A DNA stretch of 64,000 bases from Antedon mediterranea (Eukaryota; Animalia; Echinodermata), in NCBI RefSeq assembly GCF_964355755.1, contig NC_092671.1:27044070-27108069 (forward strand), read 5' to 3'. Under the pieces are notes generated by a model. The model saw only the letters and a list, made by a program, of their open reading frames with translations, made no database searches and was not told the DNA's origin. The translations under genes and the position numbers were made by a program. Below, one piece after another: positions 1-13,301 of the stretch (positions are counted from its first letter, which is position 1; each line of letters begins with the position of its first letter).

Positions 1-321
1 AAAATTACTTAAAAGTCACAAACCAGTGATTATAATTAATAATATTTAATCTTATGTGCATATATGGAAATCTGTAAAATTATTGTAAAACTATTGATAC
101 ATATTAAGACTGATTTCACAAATGGTTCTTTTTTTAAAAACTGACACAGACATTTAAAAAGCTAAAAAGAATAAAATGTAATGGGAATGTTTAGTCAATG
201 AAAATATTACTTAAATTCACAAAACAGTCATTATAATCAATCAGGTTTAATCCTATGTGCATATATGGAAATCTGAAAAACTATTAATAAAAAATACTGA
301 TTTCACAAATGTTTCTTTTTT

Positions 322-670
322 TACTCGGGGTACCCGAGTCTAGGACTTACTCATTTTCTCCTCCTCTTCCTCCTCCATCTGGACACTATTGAGTAAAAAG
401 TGCGATTTTTAAAGTACTACTCCTCCCTTATTAGTTGTAGTATTGAGCTGGGGTTTGGCATGAATATACTACAGGCACATGTCCTCAAAGCTATAGAGCC
501 GCATTTTTTATTTTCAAACCGGATGCAGCCATAAGACGTCTTGAAGATGGTACCATATAGCCGTATTTGGTAGGTTATTGATGTGTATGTGACGTCACAT
601 CCCGTCTTATGACGTCATTACAGCTTCATTTGCTGTACCCCGAGAATAGTATCGCACATTCCTTTTTTGT
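322..670 (+). mobile_element. Helentron-associated (HINE/DINE-1-like) non-autonomous element, family A, copy 1
   Basis: Starts in a T-run with TACTCGGGGTAC plus adjacent short inverted repeat (CCGAGT), then a CT-rich simple repeat, and ends with GTACCCCGAG and a degenerate 3' stem-loop. Homologous to 1143-1462 and 9080-9590. Confidence 0.7.
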
Positions 671-741
671 TTGTTAATTAATTTGTTTAATTAAGAAGCC
701 ACAATGTGTGACGCACACCACAGCGTTATGTTGTTATATGC

Positions 742-814
742 GGCTTCTTGGCGTAGTGGTTATCACTTCTGTTTAACACGCAGAAGGTCTCCGGTTCGAG
801 ACCGGGCGAAACCT
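742..814 (+). tRNA. tRNA-Val(AAC), probably degenerate
   Basis: A-box TGGCGTAGTGG, anticodon arm TCTGT-TTAACAC-GCAGA, T-arm CCGG-TTCGAGA-CCGG, followed by a T-run terminator. Two acceptor-stem mismatches (GGCTTCT vs CGAAACC). Confidence 0.75.
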
Positions 815-1008
815 TTTTTTTAAAAACTTTATGGTGAAAAGTACTGTATACGCAATATGATATACAATATATCTTTTTTAAATACTTATTTTGTGTAATC
901 GGTAATTATCACTTTTACACATGTTTATTTTGCTTTGTGCTTATTACCATACTTATTTGTAATTTAAATGGATTAAAAAACATTGTGTAACCCACATTTT
1001 TCCAAAGA

Positions 1009-1069
1009 GGTTTCGTAGTGTAGTGGTTATCAAGTCTGCTTAACACGAAGAAGGTCCCCGGCGAAACCT
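1009..1069 (+). pseudogene. tRNA-Val(AAC) pseudogene lacking the T-loop/B-box
   Basis: GGTTTCGTAGTGTAGTGGTTATCAAGTCTGCTTAACACGAAGAAGGTCCCCGGCGAAACC: intact acceptor stem but the T-arm is collapsed between the two CCGG repeats. Its 3' flank is homologous to that of the 742-814 copy. Confidence 0.8.
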
Positions 1070-1142
1070 ATTTTTCTTAAACTTATGGTGGAATATACTG
1101 TATACGTAATATGATATACCGGTAGAGTATATCTCGTTTTAT

Positions 1143-1462
1143 TACTCGGGGTACCTGAGTCTAGGACTCTCTCATCTTTTCCTCTTCTTCTTCTATCCGG
1201 ACATTATTGAGTAAAAAGTGCGACTTATAAAGTACTACTCCTCCCTTATTCGTTGTAGTATTGAGTTGGGATTTGGCATGAATATACTACAGGGGCATGT
1301 CCTCAAATCTATAGATTTTTAAATTTCAAACCGGATGCAGCCATATCACGTCTCGAAGATGGTATTTGGTTGCGAGGTTATTGATGTGTATGTGCATCCG
1401 GTCTTATGACGTCATTACAGATTATTTTGCTGTACCCCGAGTATCGCACATTCGTGCTTGTT
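1143..1462 (+). mobile_element. HINE/DINE-1-like element, family A, copy 2
   Basis: TACTCGGGGTAC ... GTACCCCGAGTA subterminal inverted repeats, (CTT)n, 3' hairpin GCAC-ATTC-GTGC then TTGTT. Confidence 0.75.
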
Positions 1463-3599
1463 TTACTTTGTATACACAAATTTAGTGAGAGTGTGTGGCG
1501 CAGTGTGTTGAACGTTTGTTGTAAGAAACACTATCTCCTCCTAAACCGCACAACCAATACTCATTCCATTCGAGAGGGGGAACCTTTAATTTCCCTTTTG
1601 TCTATGTTTTTGAAGGCATTTTTTTTTTGGCCGAAAAATATGTTTTTTTAGACCAATTAAAAATCACAGGTCATAGATAATTGACATTATGAATTCATGG
1701 TGCCCTTCCACTGAATAGGTAACTAGAAATGTAGAATACATTCACAAATATAAGTATATTTTGGAATGTTCACTCCCGACAGGATCTGTCTCTATTAGTA
1801 AAGTGTCATTTCTACCCTTTCTGCCAAGCCTTTTTTACACAATTTTTTGAAAACTGTGTAGTATGATAGACTTACCAAGATTATCAAAAGCAAACTTTCT
1901 TCTGTCAATCACATAGTGAAAACTGTTTCCCACGATTGCACTTTCTTTAGCAACGACGACGAACAATGCTGATATCAACATTATAAAGACGGATTCCATT
2001 ATTGCAATGCTATAATGACAAAAGAAAAAATGTATAAATTATTAATAATATCATATAAATTAGTATGAAAATGACAGTAATAGTTGACTTTCCCCAAATC
2101 TGTAGTTCTTGTCTATTTTATGTTAGTCCTCCTGTCTGCGTTTCGATTTTTTTCTGAATACGTATGAAATGCCATATGTACCAAAATATTTATTTTTTTA
2201 ATAATTTTGGTCTGGAACCTAGATCATTAATAGCTAAGTGAGTATTTTTTTAAAGATTTAAACCTTTTTGCTTTTTGGCAGCTCTAAGCTGATTCTATTG
2301 GCAGAGTTTTTTTCAGATTTGATTTGAATTTAAAAACAAGAAAATCATTATAAAAAAATAAGTGATAACATAACTACTAATATTAAGAATAAATACAAAG
2401 AAGGATATCCAGGATAAGCCTAGCCCAAAAAGCTTTTTTTTTTCAAATTATAAATATTAGAATTGTGTGCACTTTTGGAGAGGGTATACTGGTCCTCTGA
2501 TGCGGACAGATGAGAACACATGTTGATAAGTGCAAAAAATATATGATTCACAGTGTACTTTTGTTTACACAAGTCATTAGACTTTCTAAACCAAGTCTCA
2601 ATACAAAGACCTTGGGTAAGCAAGAATTTTAATCCACACAGTGTCTTGATTTATTACAGTATTTCTTGGCTTTGAATTGAGATGAAAACGAATGTTTCTA
2701 GGAATTCTTGCAGAAACCTTCTGAGGACCTTCTCAGTCGTTTCAGATTCAGAAATTATTTCTTTCCGTCAACGATAATACTACTACAATAGTATTACATT
2801 TTACTTTGTATTTCTCTAACCTGTAAACAAGTATAATGAATGAAACTTTAGAAAAAATGTAGGACAGATGATATTTCCATTTTTACAAGAGTATACAACC
2901 ATAAAGAGCTACAAATAAATAAATGCAATAATATGTGTCAAGGGAAGGGAAGTAATAAATAAACCAATTGTTGATAGGATCAAGACATGGAGTAGCCCTA
3001 TCATCGCCACTAGATAGGCATGGGCTACCCAACAACTAATAGCCTAGACAGGGGTGGCCTGGATAGAAGAAAAGCCTGAATTTTACGTTCGTCGTGCTCG
3101 ATCGTGTGGTAAAGTAACCTGTTGTGTAGGGCTAGGAGTAGGAGTAGTAGGAGGATAGCCTAGCTAGGCCTACTTAGAAACAGTCATTTTATAATTCTAC
3201 AAACTACAAATAACATTCATCTTTTTCAGAATGAATTTATGTTATTAACTTATCAAAACCTGAGAACCATTAACAATTAGGCATCCTACGTTACAAGTGT
3301 ACTTTGATTTTAAAAACAAAAACAAAATGTAAACAATGAAACCGCCTCCTCCTCCAAAAAACGGGTCAATCGAGGTCAAATAAAACAACAGACCCATCCA
3401 TTTTCAGTTGAGGATGTGGTTTTGTTAACATAACATACATTTTTATACAAAATGTATATATATATATAACCACGACCATCAATTTTTAATTTTTTGTTTG
3501 TTTTAATATTAAAATGCACATACTTCAATAATATTTTTAACTAAGTAATATTAAAGTCATGTGGTTAATGTGCTTACCCATATTCTAAAAGTGAATGCT

Positions 3600-3790
3600 G
3601 CCACTCACCATTGCTGTCAAAATGGTGGACGTCGAGTGAGGAAGTAGCGAGAAACACCTTGTTACCCATTAATTTTCGTTTAAGTACTCTACTTTATTGA
3701 ATTTTCTGAAATAAATTAAAAGGAATTAACTAAACTTCGATATATGATTGCTCTGGTAATATTGTGTTGAATTAATTATAAGGTAAGTGT
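3600..3790 (+). promoter_or_regulatory. Possible promoter / non-coding first exon of the neurabin-like gene
   Basis: YY1-like AAAATGGTGG and ETS-like GGAAGT in a locally CpG-richer patch, followed by a consensus donor AG|GTAAGT at about 3782. The first coding exon at 26126 has an acceptor and so needs an upstream exon. Motif-level evidence only. Confidence 0.25.
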
Positions 3791-4246
3791 TTGTTGATGA
3801 ATTAGGTAAGAGAGTTTACTCGAAAGGCCGTAACGTTTGCATGCATAAAAATGCGCAGGAGAGGTACATAAAGTTGGGCAGGCACTGTACTGTGAGTCAC
3901 TGCTGCTGAATGGGTAGTGGAGGTGGACCGTGAATGTGGTGGCCTACCAAACATAATGATAATAACCAAAAGGTCAGTTTGAAAGATGAAAACATCAGTA
4001 AATCGTGGTCGATAATTTAATCTTTTTAAACGAGATGCTTTTTATTTAAATGAGGTGCAAAAAAATGTAGATTTTGGTATATTTTTTACTTTTTAACTTG
4101 TTTTCTGCATTTAATTAAACGTAAAAAATACACCTGGTATACAACTGATAGATTGGGCCTGTCTTATTTTACCTAACCTATCGGAGGTAAAGTTATATCA
4201 GATTGTATCTCTGAAAGAAACCATTGCGACAGTGGTATTAATTATT

Positions 4247-4455
4247 CGCCGTGGCTAAACATACAGTACCTTATTCTAACTTCTAACTCTACATACAACA
4301 GACCCAATATGAAAAAAAATCCATATCCAGAAAGTCCTTATACGATGACGTTACACACATACCAGCACCCCATTGGCTGGTTATGACGTAATGTAATTTT
4401 ACCGTACCTTAGCAAACGGAAGTTAGGATACGGTACCGTATCTTTAGCCACGGCG
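4247..4455. mobile_element. Small MITE-like element
   Basis: Inverted repeats CGCCGTGGCTAAACATACAGTACC ... GGTACCGTATCTTTAGCCACGGCG. Confidence 0.6.
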
Positions 4456-5497
4456 TTAAAAATTAGTAAGGGTTACTGTACGTCAGAGTAGGCCTAGGCC
4501 TATATCAAGGTTAACAACGCAGGTAAGCCTACAGTATTTTAAGAGAATTTAAACTGATCACATGGTACACTTCTCGCAGATGTAACTACTGTAGGATACG
4601 ATTCGGATCAGCTTAAAGCGTGCATGTAATGTAAACAAATTATTAAATTAAAACCATCTCAAATCAACCCAAAAAAAATGATACATTGTCAACATGTCAT
4701 TTAGTTTGGTACACTAACTGACAAATCCTATATTTTCACTTTTTAGCAAAAGATCATGAGACCTCAAATATTTCAATTCATATTTTTATTATTTATTAAT
4801 TTTAGCATTGAATATGAAATCAAAGGGGAATCGTACAGTATCTTGGTTGATACAACATTAACATATGTAAGAAACGTTTTGACCTTAATTTAACCCATTT
4901 TTACTGAAAATATAATTTGCCATGTAAAGATATAAATTAGAGATTGTTTTTTCCATATTTTTGAGAAAATGCTTTTCAAACTTACAAGTCTAAAATACAG
5001 TATTGTATACAAAATATGAACAAGCAAGTCAATTAATTGACTTGTTTATTGATACAGTACTTACTGTAATTTACAAGAGTTGGGTAACTAAACAAATTAC
5101 ACACAGCTAGGATTAAACTGAGATCTGGCAATTGTCAAACCCAAGTGCATTTGTAGTACCAACCACAGTAATCATGTAGTGAGGCTTATTAACCAAGGTT
5201 AGGTCATATAACACCATGCCATCATGTTTAGTTAGTATTTGATATGACAGGTACAGTACTGCAGATGTTTAGACTTTAGTAAAATGTTCAGAGATGCATA
5301 TGGTTATGTTGCTTGGCTGTACAAAATAATAGAGGTTTCCTTAAAAATCGCAGATTAAAATGGTCTTCCCTATTATTAATTATTTTTCTTAATGTCTTAC
5401 CTTTAAAATCTTTAAAAACCTGTCTATACAGTATTATTAAGTCCAACTACTGTATGTTAGTGTTAAATCATTTTTAAAAGGTTACTGATACTAATTA

Positions 5498-7345
5498 CAG
5501 TACAGGACAGAATTATTGCAAAAATCCCAACGCATTCAACACGTTGTCGTTGCGTTGTGTTTGCGTTGCGTTGAACGGCTTTCAACGTTTAGTTGTTTAT
5601 TCAACGAAAGTCATTATCAGCATGTCAAGTAAACAATTAGTTATTTCAACGCTAGCTGCTGCAGCGCTAGACTGGCCGATTGCACGCCTGAACGATCAGT
5701 AACAACAACAGGCAAAATACCTATCGGCAGTCACTACCAGATATTTCCGGGGGAAAACACGATCTCACGTCGTAAAATCAAACAACGTGGAAATTACTGA
5801 CATCAACACACGAGGCCGCCACCCTGGTTTCCTCAAGAAAAACACCACGTGTGTTATGACGTATTTAACGATCGTTAATGACGACGAAGTAATTAATTTT
5901 ATTTAGGCCTACATTTTTTAGCTGTTCGAGATTCAAGAGATAAAGTTAAAATATTGTTTCTCTATTTTGGTTTTTATTTTATAATTGTCCCATTGTTTGT
6001 TGTAATGTAATTTGAAAGAACTAAAAAATTTGACGTGTCCGACACCCATGAACCAATTTAAATCTTTATAAATCGAACAACATTACATTTTTAAGTACAA
6101 AAAGCGTTTTGAATACGTTAACAATAGAGCGTGTTGAATGTGAATCCCATAGCGTTGAACGCGTTGAAAACGTTGCGCGTTTTGAAAAGCATCACACTGT
6201 AAACTGATTTAAATGTTGGCTGTTCGCTCGCATATTCTCGCAACTCCCATCCCATTCATACAGTTTCAGGAGGAGGCCAATATAATTATATTAAGAAACA
6301 AAACAATAGTATGTTACAGAGAAAACGCCTAAACCTCGCCTGTAATAATATATTGTCTTGCATCAGAATAAAGTGGTTCTTTATTCTGAATTGTTTGGTT
6401 ATTCAAATATTTGTGGGTTACACCTTGGCGTGAATAATATGGTATGGCACAGGTTTTGATTTTAAAGAAAACGCCTAAAATTGCCTATTGTCATCAAATT
6501 GGTCATTCCTATTTCTTGGTTATTATATTTAACGCTTTTCTCTGCATGGCTTACGTTAGGCATCACAATAATTAATTTATAATATATTACATGATAATGA
6601 TATATTTATGGATAATAATAAAACTAAACGATTTTTTCCCTTTTAATTACGCGTTATTTCATAATGAATGAACTCTTCACCTTTCGATCAGTTCGTCCCT
6701 CACGTCACGAAAAGCATGCGTGAAAAAGACGACGACCATGCTGGATCGTTATGTTGGTGGTGTATTGTTGCCTTCCATGGCGGCGGGTGTAGGCTACGTT
6801 GTTTTTATAAATAATCGAGAAAAATGTAGTACAGTACTGCGAAGTTTTTAGTTTGGAAATAATTAATTACGATGTGACCTAGCCTCCAAGATTCACCGCC
6901 GCCTTAACTTTGGTATTTAATACTCCAGTTAATATAGGCACACAGTAATTAAGGACATGACCACTACTTTTAACTGCGATGGCAGACGCGGCTCATATAC
7001 ACACGGGGCCTACTCGTTAGTAGTAGGCCTAGCCTAGTGTAATATATTAAGCTAGGTTTCCGCGGAAAAATACACATTATGTTTGTTTTCTTAAATATTT
7101 GTAATACTGTATTTTATACTATTACTACTACTACTAATACACACTGGCAATCTGTAAATACCATACGAATCCGATTGTTTGTTATTTCAACGCAAACTCA
7201 ACGCAACACATTGTGTTGGTTGAATAAACAGTTCAACGAACTCAACACTTTCAACGCCAACGGACAACGCAGTTTCAACGCGTTGTCAACACTTTAACAA
7301 TGCGTTGAATGCGTTCAAAATCTGCAATAATTCTGTCCGGTACTG
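5498..7345. mobile_element. Non-autonomous Tc1/mariner-like DNA transposon
   Basis: TA|CAGTACAGGACAGAATTATTGCA ... TGCAATAATTCTGTCCGGTACTG|TA, with subterminal TCAACG/CGTTGA repeats. No transposase ORF. Confidence 0.8.
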
Positions 7346-9079
7346 TACGTACTACTGTACATTCCATGATTGCAGTGAAACTTTAGTCTAGGTGGTGAAA
7401 TGGATGTCCCTATCCCTCTTTTTAATAAAGAATGCTTTAAAGATAATATACCCTGTATTAAAGGCTAATTGTATGAATAAAATGAATTGTCATTTCTAGT
7501 ACTGTAGATCTGTGCCATCCGTATCCCAATACAGTTTACTATACTGTACAAAATGTTGTTTAAGAAATAGGATTTTGTTTATCCAGTCTTATAAACTCCT
7601 GATTCCTGGTACAGGAATTCCCATATCTCACAGATATTTGACAATAAAGTTTTATCGTATCATAGTCTAAATGGAAAATTACATTGTATGTTATGTTTTG
7701 TTGATTGAGAATTGTGTGTACCCTCCCCAGGGCATTTATTCTTTAAATAATTATATGTTATATTGATTTGTCTATATTCAGAGAACATCCCAAATGTCCC
7801 CTTCTTTTTCAATGTATGTTAAACAGTATACTCAGCTTATTGTAAAATTTCTCTAATTCTGATGTTAAAGTTTGTTAATGAATAAAAATAATTGTTTCTG
7901 TTCACTCGTACCTAGCTCTTTAACTTTAGATGATAAAGTATGTTTAGAGACTACTATTACTAAACACAGGATTATAATCAAAATGTTTTTTTACTCTACC
8001 TGTGTAAAAAACCTTTTCCATGGATTTGAAACAAAGAAATTGCTCTTTGCCATGCTTACTTATGGGATGATGATTCATGCTGTATTCCAGGTCTCAAAGG
8101 TATTGCGTCCACTGTCATTATTTTACAACATGACACTACTGTATGGAAACGGAGTAATTACTAATAACATGCTACTTATGTACTGTATAATTAACTATAA
8201 CAGTGTACTGTAGAATGATTACCAGTTTGTGAACATGGTTTTTTTAAATATTTTTATTATTGCATTGGAAGACCAAAACTTGTGCCAATGGTGCTGGTGA
8301 ACCTTATTCTACAAAAGTCTATAACTAACGTCTAATAATACTTAACTTAAGTATAATATAAAACTCCAAACAACAAAAGTCAAGCCATGATTCAATGTTT
8401 TGATATTTATTTGAATGATGATCAAATAAAGATCGAATCGTTGAATAATGTTACTATGTTAGATCAGTCCCTCTTCGTTGGGTGGGTATGAGAACTCGGT
8501 GATATATTAATTAAAATAATTTATGATGTATACAGTAGTTATCATTTTTGCAATTAAATTTGCATGACCACTGTATTACTGTACTCGTATTATCTGCACA
8601 TAATCAATTATTTTTTAAGAGTTAATTTAAATACAATTCTGTATAAATAAATTACTAGAATGCATACAGTACATTGATCGTTCAGGTGTGACTAATGTTT
8701 GTATGATATCAATCATTTAGCAATTAATACTCTATTTTGATCATTTTGACAATTATTTTCTATTATAGTATAATACAATATTACTGAAGCATTACGAGAA
8801 GGCATTGATATCAGATTAATATGAATATTCTATCTTTTCCACTGTACAGAAAGTACAGTATCTTCTCATATTCTCTGTACTCGGGTACAGTATCTCCACG
8901 TGGCATTATACTGTATACTGGCCTACAGTAGTATCATTTACCGCCATGGTATCATACTCATAGGCAAATTCTATACAATGTCGCATGTGGTGCCTGTATT
9001 GCTGAGGTTAGGTTAGGCTCTCTCGTGGTACAGGCACTACATGCGATACATACAAAGATTCAGCTAGGTTCAGTCTTTT

Positions 9080-9590
9080 TACTCGGGGTACCCGAGTCTA
9101 GGACTATCTTATCTTCTCCTCTTCTTCTTCTTCTTCTTCTTCTTCCATCTGGACACTATTGATCCAACTTTCAAGTCCTACTAGTTCTTTACTCGTCTGA
9201 CAGCTTTGAAACATGGCATGCATACTAGGGTAATAGGTGAACAAAGCTATAGAGAGAGAAAATGTTCGTACTTCAACCGGATGCAGAATTATGACGTCAT
9301 AAACATGGTACCAATCGAAAAAAGTGCGATTTATAAAGTACTAATACTCCCTTATTCGTTGTATTATTGAGCTGGGATTTGGCATGAATATACTATCGGA
9401 TTTTAAAATTTCAAACCGGATGCAGCCATATGACATCTCAACGATTTTCGTCGTAATATAGCCGTGTTTGGTGTCATTTCGAAGGTCTTGAATTGGAGAA
9501 TAAGAATATATACAGTGAAACCTATATGATATTGTGACATCATTACAGCTTCTTTTGCTGTACCCCGAGTATCGCAAATTCGTGCTTGTT
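9080..9590 (+). mobile_element. HINE/DINE-1-like element, family A, copy 3 (longest)
   Basis: Same 5' subTIR + inverted repeat, longer (CTT)n, extra internal segment, 3' subTIR GTACCCCGAGTA and hairpin. Confidence 0.75.
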
Positions 9591-9594
9591 TTAA

Positions 9595-10586
9595 AGGAAA
9601 GGAACACCCTGGGCTAAATGTGCCACTGTGCTTATAGATAAATGTAATAAAAACATGATTACAATGGTTCAAGGTACAATAGTAAGCAATTCAGTTAAAA
9701 AATAGACTTTTAAATGACAACATATCGAAAATTGAACAGCGCCATTTTGACAGGTTAAGAGCAATTATGTGACGTCAGATTAGGTGGACGCATTCAAGCA
9801 AATCCAAGCGTCCATCGTCTTAGTACAGTATTTCAATATGGAAGTGCGGGATATAACCATAAATAAAATCAATTAAATAGCCTAACATACCTAATATTTT
9901 CGGAATATGGCTTGGAGTTTTTATAATTCAGAAAATTTGGAACCAGGATATACAGAAAGAGAGTTAGTTTTGCGTCGTGCTGATGAGGAAAAAAGAAGAG
10001 AAGAAGAACATTCTCGAGCATAACAAGCCGTCGAAGAATAATGTACTTTCGGCCAGTGTATCTGTACTGTATGCCTTACTAGGCCTAGAACTCGTGTTGC
10101 ACGAAAATAAAGTAGACACTGCATCGTCAACCAACAGCCTCCGTTTGGAAGGTTTGCCAGTTAATTCCCCTACCAAATCTCGTTTGAAACAGCTAGGCAA
10201 TAAAAGTAACAATAGATTAACAATAGCTGAAAGATTTACGAATTGGCTTGAAGAAAAGATCGATCGAAGGTTTGTTTACCAAGCCAGCGCATGCTCATAC
10301 CGTGTCATCGCCGTCCTGCATGACCGCATGTCGCGTTATTAGCCAATCATATTAGCGGATTCGCTTAGCCAATAGAAGTGCCGAATGCAACCTCAAATCT
10401 TAAAATTTTCGTCGGCAGTATCTGACGTCACAAACAGGCTGCCATTTTAAAATGTCTTGAAAACAGCTTTAAAATCCTGTTTACTAGAAAACTACAAATT
10501 CGATTTAAACATAAATTGTGCTGAATATTAAGTTGGTAGGGTTACTTTTATAATAGTTAGGCAAGATAATCGGGTGTTCCTTTCCT
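9595..10586. mobile_element. Non-autonomous TTAA-specific DNA transposon (Kolobok-like)
   Basis: TTAA|AGGAAAGGAACACCC ... GGGTGTTCCTTTCCT|TTAA; purine-purine terminus with TTAA TSD. Confidence 0.75.
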
Positions 10587-10637
10587 TTAACTCATATTCA
10601 TAAACAAACCATCTGGCACCCTGTAGGTATACCATGC

Positions 10638-10697
10638 ATACTGATAGCATGGTATACCAGGGAGTTGTAACTCCCTGGTATACCAAGCTATCAGTAT
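10638..10697. repeat. 60-bp near-perfect palindrome
   Basis: ATACTGATAGCATGGTATACCAGGGAGTT-GT-AACTCCCTGGTATACCAAGCTATCAGTAT. Confidence 0.85.
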
Positions 10698-12541
10698 TTT
10701 AGTCAAAATTAATTAATAAATTGTCTATATTTAATACATTGTAATTATTTGATTTTGACTATCCACATGACGAATTACACTTTCAAAGAGTAGCCAAAAA
10801 TAATGCAAAATTAATAAAGTTGTTAAAACATTTCATTACTTTGTTTATTCTGTTAATTTTCTAAATTGTTAGTATTCAACTATGCATAAAACAGAGCTCT
10901 GATTCAATTGGTCAGTAAATTGATCAATATTGTTATTTAAATTTACACAAGGTAGTCAAAAGCTGTATTTTGTTGTCTTTGCCCACAATATGTGTCATCT
11001 TTACCACACACATTGTTGAGTTACTTAACCTCACACCTACAGTGTTCACAATAAATGAAAAGAAATGATCACTAACTAAAGCCCAGTTTATATTGATGAA
11101 TTATGATGCTTTATGCTACAAACAATGCTAACTAACAAAGTTTGTGTAGGCCTACAGTTAGTGTTTTAGGATATATCATAATGCGCCTTACAACAGTACA
11201 GTGTATAAAAAATATGTTTGTACCTAATGACTCTGATGTTATTAATGTTGTAATCAAATGAAAGGCCCAGTTCACACTGATGAATTACAATGGGTTGGCC
11301 TAACAACCTTGGTTTACTGTAGGCCTGCAGTTAGTATTATAACCCTACTGTTAGTTACCCAGCATAATGTATTATATTTTTTGATAATCCTCTAATATTG
11401 AATTTACATTTCTGTACAGTGTGTATTCAGTATGTTTTGTTTTCACACTTGTGGTACAGTCCATTTGTTTAATGGGGTGTCCACTTAAAAAAGACACTGT
11501 ACCTCATCAAATGTGCTTGCTAGTTCAAAATTGGTGTAATAATGGTTTAAAAGAAAGATACAACATAATATTTATGATTGATATTAAAATTTAGCACTGT
11601 GTACTAGAGTAGCCCAATATCTGATTGTTTATTATTATATTAATGATATCAATTTGATTTTCATTTTGCCCAAAGGTGATTTCTCTTAAATTAAGATTAT
11701 ATTTTAGAGTAAATATATTTAGTTTTTAATTTTTAGGTGTGTTTTTAATTTCCTTCAATTCACAGTTGAGTGACAGATTCAGGAAAAGGATAGTACAGTA
11801 TAATAATTTAGAAATTACTGAAGCATACTGTACTGATGCTGTACCACAAAATACCAATGAAAATTGTATGCCCTGTCAATCATAGTCATATTTTAAAATG
11901 CAAACAACAATATTTAAATCCTAACAAGAAATATTCCTACAAAAAATTGTTTATGGTTTTAATTATTTATCTTTGTATTCTATAGTTATTTAATAATTAA
12001 AAAAATAATGTTATTTTTAACAATCAGTAGTAAACATTTTGTGTAAATATAGACCCCATTTACACTTTAGCTTTTAGCAAGCCTGTGGCCGGCTCCGAGC
12101 CAACAGTGTACAAGTGTAAACACTCTGGGAACAACTGAGCCGGCGCAATTTTGATCTTAGTCTAGAGTAGGCTTCGGGCCGGCAATTGTGGGCTTCGGGC
12201 CGGCACTTCGCATAGTGTAAACACTCGCGATCATACAATGAACGTTCTGGGTCAAAGTTTACGAAACTAACTTACCGCTGAACCGCCTTAGCCTTAGGGT
12301 CACCAAATCACCCAATGGGTTTAATGTGTCCGACTCGGATTTTAATGAAATTGGTACACTTCTTGTATCAACCTCCAAAAGATCTATCTAAAAAAAATAA
12401 TCCCTGCAATAGGAGACCATGGATGTAAACATGGAGGTCTCTATTCGGGGAGACAGGCATTCTGTGAGCAAAGAAAGAGCCTGGTAACATTTTCAATGTT
12501 TACTTCGGTAACTATAAACTGTCAACTAAATTTCATAACTA

Positions 12542-13301
12542 CAGTCGACTCCGCCTAAGTCGAATTCGCGTAAGTCGAAAAATCGCGAAAGTCTAATTTT
12601 TATGAAAGTCCCAATTCTTTCCTATACATTACTGTGTAATTTTTATTTGTAAGTCGAATTTTGTCCAAGTCGACGTCTTTTTGCGGTCCGAATACACATT
12701 CTTTAGTGATTTATATTGTATAAGTCGAAGTCACAAATCACGCGGCAACAACGCGCTAAAAAAGCCGATGAAACGTACGTAATTCGATAAACAAACGACA
12801 GAGGAGATAATGTGGGACCATATCGGTTCTCTCAAGCAGGTTGTATAGTATAGGTGGCGTCCTACAACTCGTGCTAGTGTATAGTGTGTATGAGTTGTTT
12901 CGGAGTTGAGAACTTGAGCGGCGTTTTGTAGGTACCCATTTTGTGCTAGACAGATGGCAATAAACAATGGATACTGAATTCGAATAAGAACCGAAATGTA
13001 TTTATTATACATTTTCGTATTGTTTAGGGCTTAAACTATAAAAGAAAATACAGTTTATCATTGCCGATAAAAGAGGCTTAGCATTTATTAGGCCTAACTA
13101 GCTACTGTAGCTAAGCAAACTCAAGTAGGCTCATCGTGTGGGCCGCGATCGCGACAGGGCAGGGTCTTCTAGGTCTAGCCATAGCGCGGCTAGTGAGTGA
13201 GCCTAGGCCTAGCATTTTTTTTGCCAATATGTAAGTCGAAGTTCCCGTTATTCAAATTTTTATACCGGTCCCATTAGATTCGACTTAGGCGGAGTCAACT
13301 G
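12542..13301. mobile_element. Tc1/mariner/pogo-like MITE
   Basis: TA|CAGTCGACTCCGCCTAAGTCGAA ... TTCGACTTAGGCGGAGTCAACTG|TA, with repeated internal TAAGTCGAA motifs. Confidence 0.85.

Noticed and set aside
2400-2830. Minus-strand exon of a divergently transcribed gene
   Set aside because: An acceptor-like site exists at about 2820, but stops occur and no protein similarity was recognisable.
9921-10342. 121-aa ORF and antisense ORFs as a transposase
   Set aside because: No catalytic or DNA-binding motifs; lies inside a 1-kb non-autonomous element.
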